From Candidatus Microgenomates bacterium (GTDB taxonomy: Bacteria; Patescibacteriota; Microgenomatia; JACQLA01), in assembly GCA_016204255.1 (NCBI GenBank), contig JACQLA010000003.1:184088-248087 (forward strand): a DNA stretch of 64,000 nt, read 5' to 3'. Shown here piece by piece: positions 41,062 through 50,675 of this stretch. Each line of letters opens with the position of its first letter. Position 1 is the first letter of the stretch. The notes beneath the pieces are model-generated. The model worked only from the letters and a program-made list of their open reading frames with translations, ran no database searches and was not told the DNA's origin. The position numbers and the translations under genes were made by a program.

Positions 41062-41787
41062 ATGATTTATTTTAATTTATTACTATTTTCTTTTCTTTTA
41101 ATATTCTCCCCACTGGCCGTCAACGCGCAGGAAAACCAAACTACCGCAACACCCACGCCCACCCCGCAGGCGGCTGTGAAATCAAGCCAAGATCTTATAC
41201 AGGAAAAGGTTCAAGATCTTAAAGAAAGAGTGGCAACTAAAGTCGCCCAAATCAGACAACTCCAATCTCCTAAAGCCATCGTTGGAGAAATCCGGTCAAA
41301 CAAAAGTGGCAATCTAACTCTTGCGACAAAAGCCGGCGACCGAACAGTTTTTGTTTTTGATGAAACAAAAATTTATCAAATTGAAGCCGGCCGAAAAAAA
41401 ACACTGTCCGTTTCTAACTTAAAAGAGGGTCAGCGGGCTTCTATTGTGGGTATTGGAGATGCTCAAGGTGAATTCCTTGCCAAAACTGTTTTTGTAAAAA
41501 CCCCGCCACCAAATATCGTCGGCACAGTGGAAAAGAAAGATGAGCAAAAAAACACTCTAACCGTTAAAAACGGTAAAGAAACCGTAACATATCTTATTGA
41601 GATTGAAAACAAAACGAAAACTGCTAGATGGGCCCAAGGCACGGGGGCGGTAAAATCCGGCTTTTCTGATATAAAAGTCGGTGATATCGTTCATGTCAAT
41701 GGCCCGCTTCTGGATGATGCGGCAAATCATGTTAGTGCCAATCGCATTTTTATTCTTGCCCTAAAGACACCCCAGCCGACTCAATGA
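41062..41787 (+). CDS. Secreted protein with two repeated beta (DUF5666/OB-like) domains
   Basis: Signal peptide AVNA; repeats NLKEGQRASIVG and DIKVGDIVHVNG. Confidence 0.6.
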   Translation: MIYFNLLLFSFLLIFSPLAVNAQENQTTATPTPTPQAAVKSSQDLIQEKVQDLKERVATKVAQIRQLQSPKAIVGEIRSNKSGNLTLATKAGDRTVFVFDETKIYQIEAGRKKTLSVSNLKEGQRASIVGIGDAQGEFLAKTVFVKTPPPNIVGTVEKKDEQKNTLTVKNGKETVTYLIEIENKTKTARWAQGTGAVKSGFSDIKVGDIVHVNGPLLDDAANHVSANRIFILALKTPQPTQ

Positions 41788-42902
41788 CCCGTTTGAAAAA
41801 AATTCAACAAACACTCGGCGCTAAGAAAATCGGCGCCCTTTTAGTTAGCGATTTTTATAATCTTGCCTATCTTTCTCAATTTTTTCCTCTTTCTCCCCAG
41901 GAAAGAGAAGCCTTCCTGCTCATCACTCCTCATCGGGGTTTTTTACTAACTGACGGCCGCTACATTGAACAAGCCCGAATTTTAAAAAATGATTTTAATT
42001 GTCTGGAAATAACCCCCCGACAAAATCTTGTCCAGATTATAGCCAATCTTGTTCGGGAAGAAAAAGTTAAATGCCTGGGTTTTGAGAAAACAAATCTGAC
42101 TTTCGGAGAATATGAAAAACTAAAAGCCGAAGTGGGGATAAAACTTATTCCAACATATAATATTGTCGAGGAATCCCGGGCGATAAAGGATCCCAAGGAA
42201 ATTACTTCAATAAAACGCGCGTGCCAGATTGCCGATTTGGCTTTTGCCCATCTTTTGAAATTTTTAAAACCAGGTCTGACCGAAAAAGAGATAGCAGATG
42301 AAATCGAATGGTTTATCAGAAAGAAAGGTGTGGTGGATTTATCTTTTGACCCGATCGTTGCCTCCGGCCCTAATTCGGCTTATCCTCATCACCGCTCCGG
42401 CGACAGAAAAATTAAAAAACAGGATATCGTTTTACTGGATTTTGGAGCGAAGGCGGAAAATTATTGCTCAGATATGACGCGGGTGGTTTTTTTGGGAAAA
42501 GCAACCGAAGAGCAAAAGAAGGTTTATAACGTTGTTTTAGAAGCACAGAAAAAAGCGATTGAATTTCTTAAGCATTATTGTCATTCTAAACGAAGCGAAG
42601 AATCTGGAAACTATGGAATAAAGCCTTCGGAAGTTGATAAAGCTTCTCGAGACTATATCACCTCCCAAGGTTATCCCGCCATCCCCCATGGACTAGGTCA
42701 CGGGGTGGGACTTTGCGAACATGAATCCCCTCGCCTTTCTTTTAAAAGCAAGGATACATTAAAACCGGGGATGGTTTTTTCTATTGAACCGGGAATTTAT
42801 TTGCAAAACCAATTTGGGGTGCGAATCGAAGATTTAGTGGTTCTGACCGAAACCGGCCCTCAGGTTTCAACCAAATCTTCTAAAGAAATTATTGAGTTGT
42901 AA
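41784..42902 (+). CDS. Xaa-Pro aminopeptidase (M24B)
   Basis: TDGRY, DFGA, SDMTR, HGLGHGVG, HE, EPG, GVRIED. Confidence 0.92.
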   Translation: MTRLKKIQQTLGAKKIGALLVSDFYNLAYLSQFFPLSPQEREAFLLITPHRGFLLTDGRYIEQARILKNDFNCLEITPRQNLVQIIANLVREEKVKCLGFEKTNLTFGEYEKLKAEVGIKLIPTYNIVEESRAIKDPKEITSIKRACQIADLAFAHLLKFLKPGLTEKEIADEIEWFIRKKGVVDLSFDPIVASGPNSAYPHHRSGDRKIKKQDIVLLDFGAKAENYCSDMTRVVFLGKATEEQKKVYNVVLEAQKKAIEFLKHYCHSKRSEESGNYGIKPSEVDKASRDYITSQGYPAIPHGLGHGVGLCEHESPRLSFKSKDTLKPGMVFSIEPGIYLQNQFGVRIEDLVVLTETGPQVSTKSSKEIIEL

Positions 42903-42912
42903 AAATTTTGAT

Positions 42913-43782
42913 TTAGCTATTATTCGAGCTAAAAAATAATTTCAGTAGCTCTTGGTCATTCCTTAAGGCCGCGAGCGCTCGATGTTGCAATGCTTTAATC
43001 GCACCTTCACTCTTGCCTAATATCCTACCTATTTCTCCATTTGATAACTCTTCAACAAATCTAAAATAAATAACTTGCGCTTGAGTTGGTAATAATCTCG
43101 ATACTGCTTTTCTCACCATCACTACTCTTTCATCTAATTCTACTTCAGACTCAGGATTACCGAAATGACTTGCAAAATCCATTAAAACTTCGTCTTTAGG
43201 TTTATCTCCCCCATATTGATGATTTCTATGCCTGCTGCTATCTCGATGAAAATTAGCCATTAAATTGTGAGCAATTCTAAAAAGCCAGCTCGAAACGAGC
43301 CCCTCGCCTTTTGGCACAAAATTTCCACAATTCACAAAGGCATTTAAAAATACAGTCTGTGTTAATTCCTCGGTATCTGGGTGGCTTCCGGTACGATAAT
43401 AAAGGTAGCTATAAATTCTATTCACATGTCGTTCATAAATAGTGCCGAATGCTTCATTTTTGCCCTTTTTGGCTCTCTCGATCAACTCTAAATCTGATAT
43501 TTCCGATTCCCGGTTAGGCGTAGGTGGGAGAAATTTGTATATAACTATTCCATTTGATCGTTCGCCTTTATCGGATCGTTTTAACGACGTCTTCCCCACC
43601 CATGGAATGGTGGGATCGGCACTTTCTGATAAAGGGTAAACGCCCTTATCGCCATTATCTAAAGATGTATCCGGAGCTACTGATTCATCATCTTCCGAGA
43701 TGGGGTCGTCCGGCGGCGGGGATAGTGATTTTTCATGGATTATCCAGTGTCCATTTTCTCGGGTTTCTTTTATCGTTCTCAT
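42913..43782 (-). CDS. ECF sigma factor with ~90-aa N-terminal extension
   Basis: AFGTIYERH...EELTQTVF...WLFRIAHN; region 4 LSNGEIGRILGKSEGAIKALQHRAL. Confidence 0.9.
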   Translation of the reverse strand: MRTIKETRENGHWIIHEKSLSPPPDDPISEDDESVAPDTSLDNGDKGVYPLSESADPTIPWVGKTSLKRSDKGERSNGIVIYKFLPPTPNRESEISDLELIERAKKGKNEAFGTIYERHVNRIYSYLYYRTGSHPDTEELTQTVFLNAFVNCGNFVPKGEGLVSSWLFRIAHNLMANFHRDSSRHRNHQYGGDKPKDEVLMDFASHFGNPESEVELDERVVMVRKAVSRLLPTQAQVIYFRFVEELSNGEIGRILGKSEGAIKALQHRALAALRNDQELLKLFFSSNNS

Positions 43783-43870
43783 TTTTCGAGGTTTAAATTA
43801 GTTGCTGTATCTTATCACATGTCGCCAAAAATTGACAAAAAAACAAGAGATTGATATCGTTTGCTTTAAA

Positions 43871-44413
43871 GTGTCTTTACAAGAACGCGGTCTCCCTATT
43901 GAGTCTTCAGTAGAAGAAAAAAGAAATATTTCCGGGTATATTAATTTTGTTCGGACACTTTGTTCCTTACATTCGGATGAGGAAATAGTAAGACGATCCT
44001 TATTTAGAAAGCATCTAACCTACAGCCAGCGAAAACGCCACTTACCCAATTTACCTCTTCTACCCGACCCAACTTCTGAGGAAATTCTTACTCAATTTTA
44101 CCGTAAACATCCGCATCATGCTGAAAGAAGAAATCGCCTAGATGAAATTGCTAATGACCCATTTTTAATGGTATCCCTGATGAATACGGTTGATCAGATA
44201 CTCGAAACATTAACTCCTCGACAATGTCTAACTCTTCAACAAATATTTGGTTTAGGTCCTGTGAGCCAAGGTCATACTTTAAAAGAAGTTGGTAATCTAT
44301 TGGGGAAAAGCGTTAATCGTATATGGCAGCTTGGAAATAAGGGAGTGTTGAGATTGCACTCCCATAAGCGCCACCAGCCCGTCATTGAACTTTTGGATGG
44401 CAAAAAAAGTTGA
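43871..44413 (+). CDS. Protein with RpoD-type sigma-70 region 4 only; probable GTG start at 43871
   Basis: LETLTPRQ...FGL...HTLKEVGNLLGKSVNRIWQL; no region 2; TTGACA at 43831. Confidence 0.7.
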   Translation: MSLQERGLPIESSVEEKRNISGYINFVRTLCSLHSDEEIVRRSLFRKHLTYSQRKRHLPNLPLLPDPTSEEILTQFYRKHPHHAERRNRLDEIANDPFLMVSLMNTVDQILETLTPRQCLTLQQIFGLGPVSQGHTLKEVGNLLGKSVNRIWQLGNKGVLRLHSHKRHQPVIELLDGKKS

Positions 44414-44492
44414 CTACTTCCTGATGATCTTTAGCAAGATTTACCAGAAATAAGGCGCGCAGGCTCCAGATTTTAAGAGTCCGGGTTAAAAT

Positions 44493-44520
44493 TTGACAAA
44501 CAGCAATATTTTGCTAAAAT
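44493..44520 (+). promoter_or_regulatory. Sigma-70-type promoter of the his leader
   Basis: TTGACA and TGCTAAAAT ending 7 nt before the leader ATG. Confidence 0.7.
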
Positions 44521-44527
44521 AGCCTGT

Positions 44528-44572
44528 ATGACAAACTTATCCTTTTCAGTTTGGCATCATCAACCGCAGTAG
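44528..44572 (+). CDS. Attenuator leader peptide MTNLSFSVWHHQPQ
   Basis: 14-codon ORF with TGG CAT CAT upstream of hisC/hisS. Confidence 0.75.
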   Translation: MTNLSFSVWHHQPQ

Positions 44573-44640
44573 CTGTTGGTTGGTTTTTGTTGCCTAAAAG
44601 GATAACTCAGATTTAAAACTTTAAAATATTTGTACAACTT

Positions 44641-44666
44641 AACCAGCCAGCAGGGGCTGGTTTTTT
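44641..44666 (+). terminator. Attenuator terminator
   Basis: aaccagcc/ggctggtt stem plus T run; its 5' arm can alternatively pair with ctgttggttggtt (44573-44585). Confidence 0.75.
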
Positions 44667-44679
44667 CGTGGGAAAAAAT

Positions 44680-45771
44680 ATGAAATTACCAAAATTATAT
44701 GCACTGGGAAAAAAATTACCGATTGACCTAAGTTTAAGTGAAAATCCACTGGGATGTTCGCCTCGGATTTTTGCGGCTTTAAAAAGTGATTTAAAACTTA
44801 TCACTAATTACCCCGATCCACGTTCTCAAAAACTAAAAACCGCCTTGGCTCAAAACTTTGCCCTTTCCAAAGAAAATATAACTTTTGGCAATGGTTCGGA
44901 AACTCTCATTGATCTGGTTTGTAGAGTTCTTCTCAAACCCGGTGATAATGTTCTCATTCCGGAAGTAACTTTCCCCCTTTTTGAAACAGCAACCATTTTG
45001 GCAGGCGCACAACCAAGTTTCACCAAAATGAATAGAAATCTTGATATCGACTTAAAAATGATGATCGCAAATATCAATAAAAAAACAAAATTAATTTTTC
45101 TTTGTAACCCCAATAATCCTACGGGAAAGATTTTAAAAGATAAGGAAATCATTAACTTTGTCAAAAAAGTTTCGCCTTTATCTATGATAGTTGATGAGGC
45201 CAATATTGAATTTGGCGGGAAATCTGTAGTACCTGCCCTGAATCAATTAAATAACTTAATAGTTTTGCGCACTTTCTCCAAAGCCTTTGGGCTTGCCGGC
45301 CTACGAATCGGTGTTTTAATCGCCAGGGAAAAATTAATAAAGGCGGTTGATCAGATCAGACAGCCATTTCCTCTTAATGCCTTTGCCGAAAACGCAGCGA
45401 TTATAGCCTTAAATGACCAGAAATTTATTAAAAAAAGCCGGCGACTTATGATTCAGGAAAAAGAATTCTTAACTCGGGAATTAAAAAAGCGCGGATTTAC
45501 AGTTTATGATTCACAGGCAAATAATATTTTAGTTAAGGTTAATCGCGTTTCCCCTGTTTCAAAATTATTTATTCAGGCATTGAGTAAAAATGGCGTATCT
45601 GTAGTTAATGGTAGCTTATTCCGTGGCCTAGATGATCGATTCTTTCGTCTCTCCCCCCGCCTACCAAAAACTAACAGAAGATTCTTAAAAATCACCGATA
45701 AAATTTTAGAAGGAGGTGAATTTGTGTGTGTGAAAAGAAGCTCTCATGGCAAGAAATTGCTAATAAAATAA
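44680..45771 (+). CDS. hisC: Histidinol-phosphate/aromatic aminotransferase
   Basis: SENPLG, YPDP, GNGSE, CNPNNPTG, VDEA, RTFSKAFGLAGLRIG (PLP Lys); alternative GTG start at 44668. Confidence 0.85.
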   Translation: MKLPKLYALGKKLPIDLSLSENPLGCSPRIFAALKSDLKLITNYPDPRSQKLKTALAQNFALSKENITFGNGSETLIDLVCRVLLKPGDNVLIPEVTFPLFETATILAGAQPSFTKMNRNLDIDLKMMIANINKKTKLIFLCNPNNPTGKILKDKEIINFVKKVSPLSMIVDEANIEFGGKSVVPALNQLNNLIVLRTFSKAFGLAGLRIGVLIAREKLIKAVDQIRQPFPLNAFAENAAIIALNDQKFIKKSRRLMIQEKEFLTRELKKRGFTVYDSQANNILVKVNRVSPVSKLFIQALSKNGVSVVNGSLFRGLDDRFFRLSPRLPKTNRRFLKITDKILEGGEFVCVKRSSHGKKLLIK

Positions 45772-45944
45772 AATGTCCATTTAGTGCTGAAGAATGCAAG
45801 AGGAATGAAGGTATTAATCAAAAAGAGAAAAGGATCGAAAACGATACCGTATTATACGTGGCAGAATGTAAATACTGTGGCCGAAAAGCCGTCGAATGGG
45901 GTTATGACCAGTTTGCAAGTAGTAATGGCTGGACACCACGTTAA
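45726..45944 (+). CDS. Small Cys-rich protein (possible zinc ribbon)
   Basis: Strong SD GGAGGTGA before GTG; CPFSAEEC and CKYC. Confidence 0.5.
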   Translation: MCEKKLSWQEIANKIKCPFSAEECKRNEGINQKEKRIENDTVLYVAECKYCGRKAVEWGYDQFASSNGWTPR

Positions 45945-46004
45945 AATTTTGCATTTACCTTGTATTTTGATACTAAAATCTTTATGATTAGAGGAGTAAA
46001 AAAT

Positions 46005-47240
46005 ATGATTGAGCCACGAACACTGAAGGGCTTCCGGGATTTTTTACCTAAGGAAGCCAAAAAAAGGCAGTATGTAATAAACATCTTGAGAAAGGTGTTT
46101 GAATCCTATGGCTTTGAGCCGCTTGAGACGCCGGCGCTTGAATATGAGGATATTCTGCTGGGAAAATATGGCGAAGAAGGCGATAAACTGATGTACCGTT
46201 TCACCGACCGCGGTGGCCGAAAAGTAGCTTTGCGCTACGATCAAACCGTACCCTTGGCACGCGTGGTGGCGCAATATGGCAACCAGTTACCCACTCCATT
46301 TAAGCGCTATCAAATCCAACCGGTTTGGCGGGCCGAAAACCCTCAAAAAGGAAGATTCAGAGAATTTTTGCAGTGTGATATTGACATAGTGGACACCAAC
46401 TCCCCTCTTGCCGATGCCGAAGTCATTGCCTGTGTAGCCAAAGGGTTGGAAAGTTTAGGCTTTAAAAATTTTAAGATTCTAATCAATGATAGATTTATAT
46501 TTAACAGCGGAGAATTCCTCACTCTTGGAGAAAGTGAATTAGGTCCTTTCATGAGGTCATTAGATAAAATAAAAAAAATAGGCGCTGACCAAGCCTTAGA
46601 GGAAATGGTTAGTTTTAATATTCCTAGAGAACAAGCAGAAAAAATTATTAATTCTGTGGAAAATCAAAAAATAACCCCAAATCTTCAAAAAATAATGGAC
46701 TTATTAAATAAGTACAACATAACAAATATCGAATTCGACCCCATGCTTGTAAGAGGACTCGATTATTACACAGGTCTGATCTTTGAGGTGGTAATTCCCG
46801 AGTATGGAGAAGATAAATCTATTGGTGGTGGTGGTAGATATGACAGTCTAATTGGTATGTTTGCCGGAAAACAGATCTCGGCCGTTGGATTTGCCTTTGG
46901 CTTTGACAGGATCATTGAGTCCATGGACCAGCTGAACTTATTTCCCAAAGATCTAATTACTACCAAAGTTTTGGTAACGATATTCTCCCAAGATTTGGCA
47001 GAAAAATCTCTGGCTATAACCGAAAAGCTGCGTTCCCAAGGTATAAACACCGACCTTTGGCCAGATCCTGAAAGTAAACTCGAAAAACAGTTAAAATATG
47101 CTGATCAAAAAGGAATCCCTTTTGTGGTTATCGCCGGTCCGGATGAAATTAGCCAGAATAAAATAACAATCAAAGATATGTCACAGAAGACCCAAAAAAC
47201 GGTTTCTGTCGACGACCTGCCCGATGCCTTCAAATTCTAA
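46005..47240 (+). CDS. hisS: Histidine--tRNA ligase
   Basis: KGFRDF, LRYDQT, GRFREFLQCD, RGLDYYTG, GGGRYD; SD GAGGAG before ATG 46005. Confidence 0.96.
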   Translation: MIEPRTLKGFRDFLPKEAKKRQYVINILRKVFESYGFEPLETPALEYEDILLGKYGEEGDKLMYRFTDRGGRKVALRYDQTVPLARVVAQYGNQLPTPFKRYQIQPVWRAENPQKGRFREFLQCDIDIVDTNSPLADAEVIACVAKGLESLGFKNFKILINDRFIFNSGEFLTLGESELGPFMRSLDKIKKIGADQALEEMVSFNIPREQAEKIINSVENQKITPNLQKIMDLLNKYNITNIEFDPMLVRGLDYYTGLIFEVVIPEYGEDKSIGGGGRYDSLIGMFAGKQISAVGFAFGFDRIIESMDQLNLFPKDLITTKVLVTIFSQDLAEKSLAITEKLRSQGINTDLWPDPESKLEKQLKYADQKGIPFVVIAGPDEISQNKITIKDMSQKTQKTVSVDDLPDAFKF

Positions 47241-48135
47241 AAAAAGAGCAATTATTGCCTTAGTGATTGCTGCCCTGATCTGGGGCGCGGCTGTTCCAAT
47301 TTTTAAATGGTCGCTTGGCAATATTCCCCCATTTTCTTTAGCTTTTTTGCGATTTTTTCTGGCTGCCTTTTTAATTTTTCCCCTGGCCAAAAACCATCTT
47401 AAAATCTCTAGTAAAGATATCGATCGTATTGTGCTGATAAGTCTTTTAGGAATCACCTTAAATATTTCTTTTTTCTTCCAGGCACTAAGATATACCACCG
47501 CTTTAAACGCCGCCGTTCTTTTAACCACCGCCCCCATCCTTACCCTTTTTACCGCTCATATTTTTTTGAAAGAGAGGTTGAGACCAATTTTAATCCTGAG
47601 CTTATCTCTGGCAGTTTTAGGAATGATTGTTTTAATTATCAATCCCATTCGCGAAAACGGCATTGACTCCCATCTTCTGGGTAACTTCTTAATGCTTTTA
47701 GCAGTTTTATCCTGGGTGGGCTACGAAATTACCGCTAAAAAACTTTTCGTCTCGTATCCGGCCATTACCATCGTTTTTTATTCATTCTTAATTGGCGCTT
47801 TTTCTTTTTTCCCCGGATTTTACGCGGAGTACATCATGTCTCCCGAGTGGGTTTTAGATTTAGATATTAAGGGTATCGTCGGTATTGCCTATGGCGCATT
47901 TTTTTCCTCAACCATAGCTTATCTTGCCTGGGATTTCGGCCTTTCCAAACTGCCGGCATCAGAAGTTAGCCTCTTCAGCTCGTTACAACCCCTAGCTGCG
48001 GCAGTTATCGCCTTGCCCCTTCTTGGTGAGAAAATCACCTTTCCCTTTCTGATCGGTGCCTTTCTTATCCTGACCGGAGTCTTTTTGTTGGAGAAAAAAC
48101 GCCTCTTGACCCATTCTCGCCTTCAAAACAGTTGA
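47224..48135 (+). CDS. EamA/DMT family transporter
   Basis: About 10 TM segments, IWG...LAFLRF, LGEKIT. Confidence 0.88.
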   Translation: MPSNSKKRAIIALVIAALIWGAAVPIFKWSLGNIPPFSLAFLRFFLAAFLIFPLAKNHLKISSKDIDRIVLISLLGITLNISFFFQALRYTTALNAAVLLTTAPILTLFTAHIFLKERLRPILILSLSLAVLGMIVLIINPIRENGIDSHLLGNFLMLLAVLSWVGYEITAKKLFVSYPAITIVFYSFLIGAFSFFPGFYAEYIMSPEWVLDLDIKGIVGIAYGAFFSSTIAYLAWDFGLSKLPASEVSLFSSLQPLAAAVIALPLLGEKITFPFLIGAFLILTGVFLLEKKRLLTHSRLQNS

Positions 48136-48179
48136 CTTCAGCAAGTCAGAAAAGTAAAATATCCTATAAAAATTGTGCG

Positions 48180-49349
48180 ATGAGAAAAGAACAAGTTCTA
48201 GCATACAAACCAAATAAACGATTTAATCCTGTATTTCAGTCCGCAGAAGACCCAAGAGTTGCCTTTGTCGACAAAAATACGGGAGCATCATACAGAAGCG
48301 TACGAAAGGAATTGCTTACTAGAGAGCAGGAAATAGAAATTGCGCAAAATATTGAACGCGGTATTGTTGCCTACCACCTCCTAAGAAAACACGACCCGAT
48401 AAATATTAATCAATCAATAGAAGGAGTGATTCTGGATCGTGTAGCCGCAGAAAGTGAGGATACAAAAACTCCCGAATTTAGAAATAAAGTTGATGGGAAT
48501 CTTTCAGATCTGCGGAAAAATTTAGTCATCGAAGACCTTTTCCCAGAGATCAATGAGAATGAGCTTTCTGAAAAGGATTTAGAAGAATTAAAAAAAATGG
48601 TCGCTAGAGCTAAAGAATCCCGCGATCAGGCAGTCGAACATAATCATGGACTGGTTGTGGAAACCGCTAAATTTTATTATAGAAAAAAAGGTTCTTTAAC
48701 AATGGATGACCTCATCCAGATAGGTAAACTTGGATTTTTAAAAGGTCTGGCAAGATTTGATTGGCGCTCAGGCAATAAATTTTCAACCTACATTCCTCAC
48801 TGGGTAAAACATATGATTACTGAAGCAATAGGTAAAGATGGCTCAATAATTGCTCTGCCGAGTCATCGCATAGACTGGGAAAGGGTATATGAAAAGGCCT
48901 ACGATTTCCTTCTCGACAAAATGGGACAACCTCCTACTGATAGCGAAACTGCTCAATTTCTAGAGTGGCCACTCTCAAGAATCGAGTTAATAAAAAGCGC
49001 GCCAAAAGCGAATATTTCATTGGAGGCACCCAAATACGTAAAGGGCAAAGAACCGGTTGCAATTGGAAGCATGATCGAAGACCCAAACGACAACGATAAT
49101 CCTATATTATATGCGAATCATGCAGGTTTAGTTAGAGATTTAGAAATAGCTTTAAAATCTTTAAACCCAAGATGGAGAAAGATTTTAATGATGCGCAGTG
49201 GCATCGGCTACGATCACGAATATACTCTTGAAGAGGTTGGTAAAGAATTCGGTGTTACTCGCGAACGTATTCGTCAAATTGAAGCCCAAGCTCAGGAAAA
49301 AATATCCAAGAAATTTTCCCATTTACAGAATCATCTCTGGAACGATTAA
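48180..49349 (+). CDS. Divergent RpoD-like sigma factor; probable start at 48180
   Basis: Region 1.2 LLTREQEIEIA, region 2 DDLIQIG...KFSTY, region 4 TLEEVGKEFGVTRERIRQIE; promoter TTGACT-N17-TAAAAT at 48132. Confidence 0.85.
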   Translation: MRKEQVLAYKPNKRFNPVFQSAEDPRVAFVDKNTGASYRSVRKELLTREQEIEIAQNIERGIVAYHLLRKHDPININQSIEGVILDRVAAESEDTKTPEFRNKVDGNLSDLRKNLVIEDLFPEINENELSEKDLEELKKMVARAKESRDQAVEHNHGLVVETAKFYYRKKGSLTMDDLIQIGKLGFLKGLARFDWRSGNKFSTYIPHWVKHMITEAIGKDGSIIALPSHRIDWERVYEKAYDFLLDKMGQPPTDSETAQFLEWPLSRIELIKSAPKANISLEAPKYVKGKEPVAIGSMIEDPNDNDNPILYANHAGLVRDLEIALKSLNPRWRKILMMRSGIGYDHEYTLEEVGKEFGVTRERIRQIEAQAQEKISKKFSHLQNHLWND

Positions 49350-49434
49350 AGTCTTGACATTGGTCACCTGAAGTATTAAAATAACCTATAATTCTCCAGT
49401 TCCGACTGGAGTTTTTTGTTTTTAATTTATACTT

Positions 49435-50601
49435 ATGGCCGTACAACACGAACAATTTAATAGAAGCAAAACGATAATTCATCCGGATTCTTCCGAGGTT
49501 CTTCCGTATAGTTCTTTGGTCAACCCGGATGAGCGGGAATCTAATAATGGAGATCTTCTTAGTTTTGAAGAAGAACAGACCACCTTTAGTGAAATTGAAA
49601 AGGGATTAGTCAGCTGCGATGATCTTCGCAAAAAGGGATTTAAAATTGAAGCTAACATGCTTGATTATATCCTTCACTTTAAAGCTGGCGGCGATGGGGC
49701 TAAAAAAAGAAATCCTGAAGAAGTAGTCGCGGAGATTAAAAATCAAATAATGGACGAGGAAGCTCCTTTTATCTCTATTATGGAATTATTTTCCGATGGT
49801 CAAGTAATTAAAGCAAAAACTGAGCAGATTAAAAAAGCGACTGCGGCTGTTAATAGACTTATTGAAGCCAATATAGGGCTGGTTAAAAAGATTGCTGGGC
49901 AAGAATATGAAAAAAACGAGGGCTCAAATAGAGGAATTGATTTTAGGGATGTAGTCCAGGCTGGACTATTTAAAGGCATCCCTCAGGCTATTGGTGTTTT
50001 TAGATGGCGTGACGGATTAAAATTTTCTACTTGCGCGACATGGTGGATCCGATCAGCAGCTCAGAGGGAAATGGCTGGATCCCGAACAATCCATATCCCT
50101 TTTGGCGTTCAAGAGAAAGTTACTGGAGTTGACCACGCTAAATCAGATTTCCAAATGACTCATGGTCGGGAACCTTCAACTGAAGAACTCCAGACATACG
50201 GGTTCTCTAAAGAAGAAGTTGAGCGAGTTGATAGAGCTCGCAGAATGGATCCGGGTTCTTTTGATCAACCGATAAATTCTCCCGAGGCAGATAAGGAATT
50301 AAGTCGCGCCTATTTCATCGCCGATGATGATCCAGAAACACAACCAGAAACTGCAGTCGAGCAAACCGTTGGCGAAGAAAAAGTGGAAGAACTATTGAGC
50401 CTTCTTACTAACCGGGAAAGAATGGTTGTGGAATTCCATCTAGGATTAAATAATCAAAAAAAACATACACTGGAGGAAATCGGAATTATACTCGGAATTA
50501 CTAGAGAACGCGCCCGACAAATAGAAGCAAAGGCTTTTAAAAAGATGGTCACCTCTGAAAAGGCTGCGGAGCTTAGAGATCTAGTAGATTTTCAAGACTA
50601 A
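49435..50601 (+). CDS. Divergent RpoD-like sigma factor
   Basis: LIEANIGLV, KFSTCATWWIR, TLEEIGIILGITRERARQIEAKA; own TTGACA-N17-TAAAAT promoter at 49354. Confidence 0.85.
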   Translation: MAVQHEQFNRSKTIIHPDSSEVLPYSSLVNPDERESNNGDLLSFEEEQTTFSEIEKGLVSCDDLRKKGFKIEANMLDYILHFKAGGDGAKKRNPEEVVAEIKNQIMDEEAPFISIMELFSDGQVIKAKTEQIKKATAAVNRLIEANIGLVKKIAGQEYEKNEGSNRGIDFRDVVQAGLFKGIPQAIGVFRWRDGLKFSTCATWWIRSAAQREMAGSRTIHIPFGVQEKVTGVDHAKSDFQMTHGREPSTEELQTYGFSKEEVERVDRARRMDPGSFDQPINSPEADKELSRAYFIADDDPETQPETAVEQTVGEEKVEELLSLLTNRERMVVEFHLGLNNQKKHTLEEIGIILGITRERARQIEAKAFKKMVTSEKAAELRDLVDFQD

Positions 50602-50675
50602 TCTCTTGCAATTCAAACCTATTATAAGTATAATAATCTGGCGAATCCTTTTGAGTTTCGCGATTTTTTAAGATC

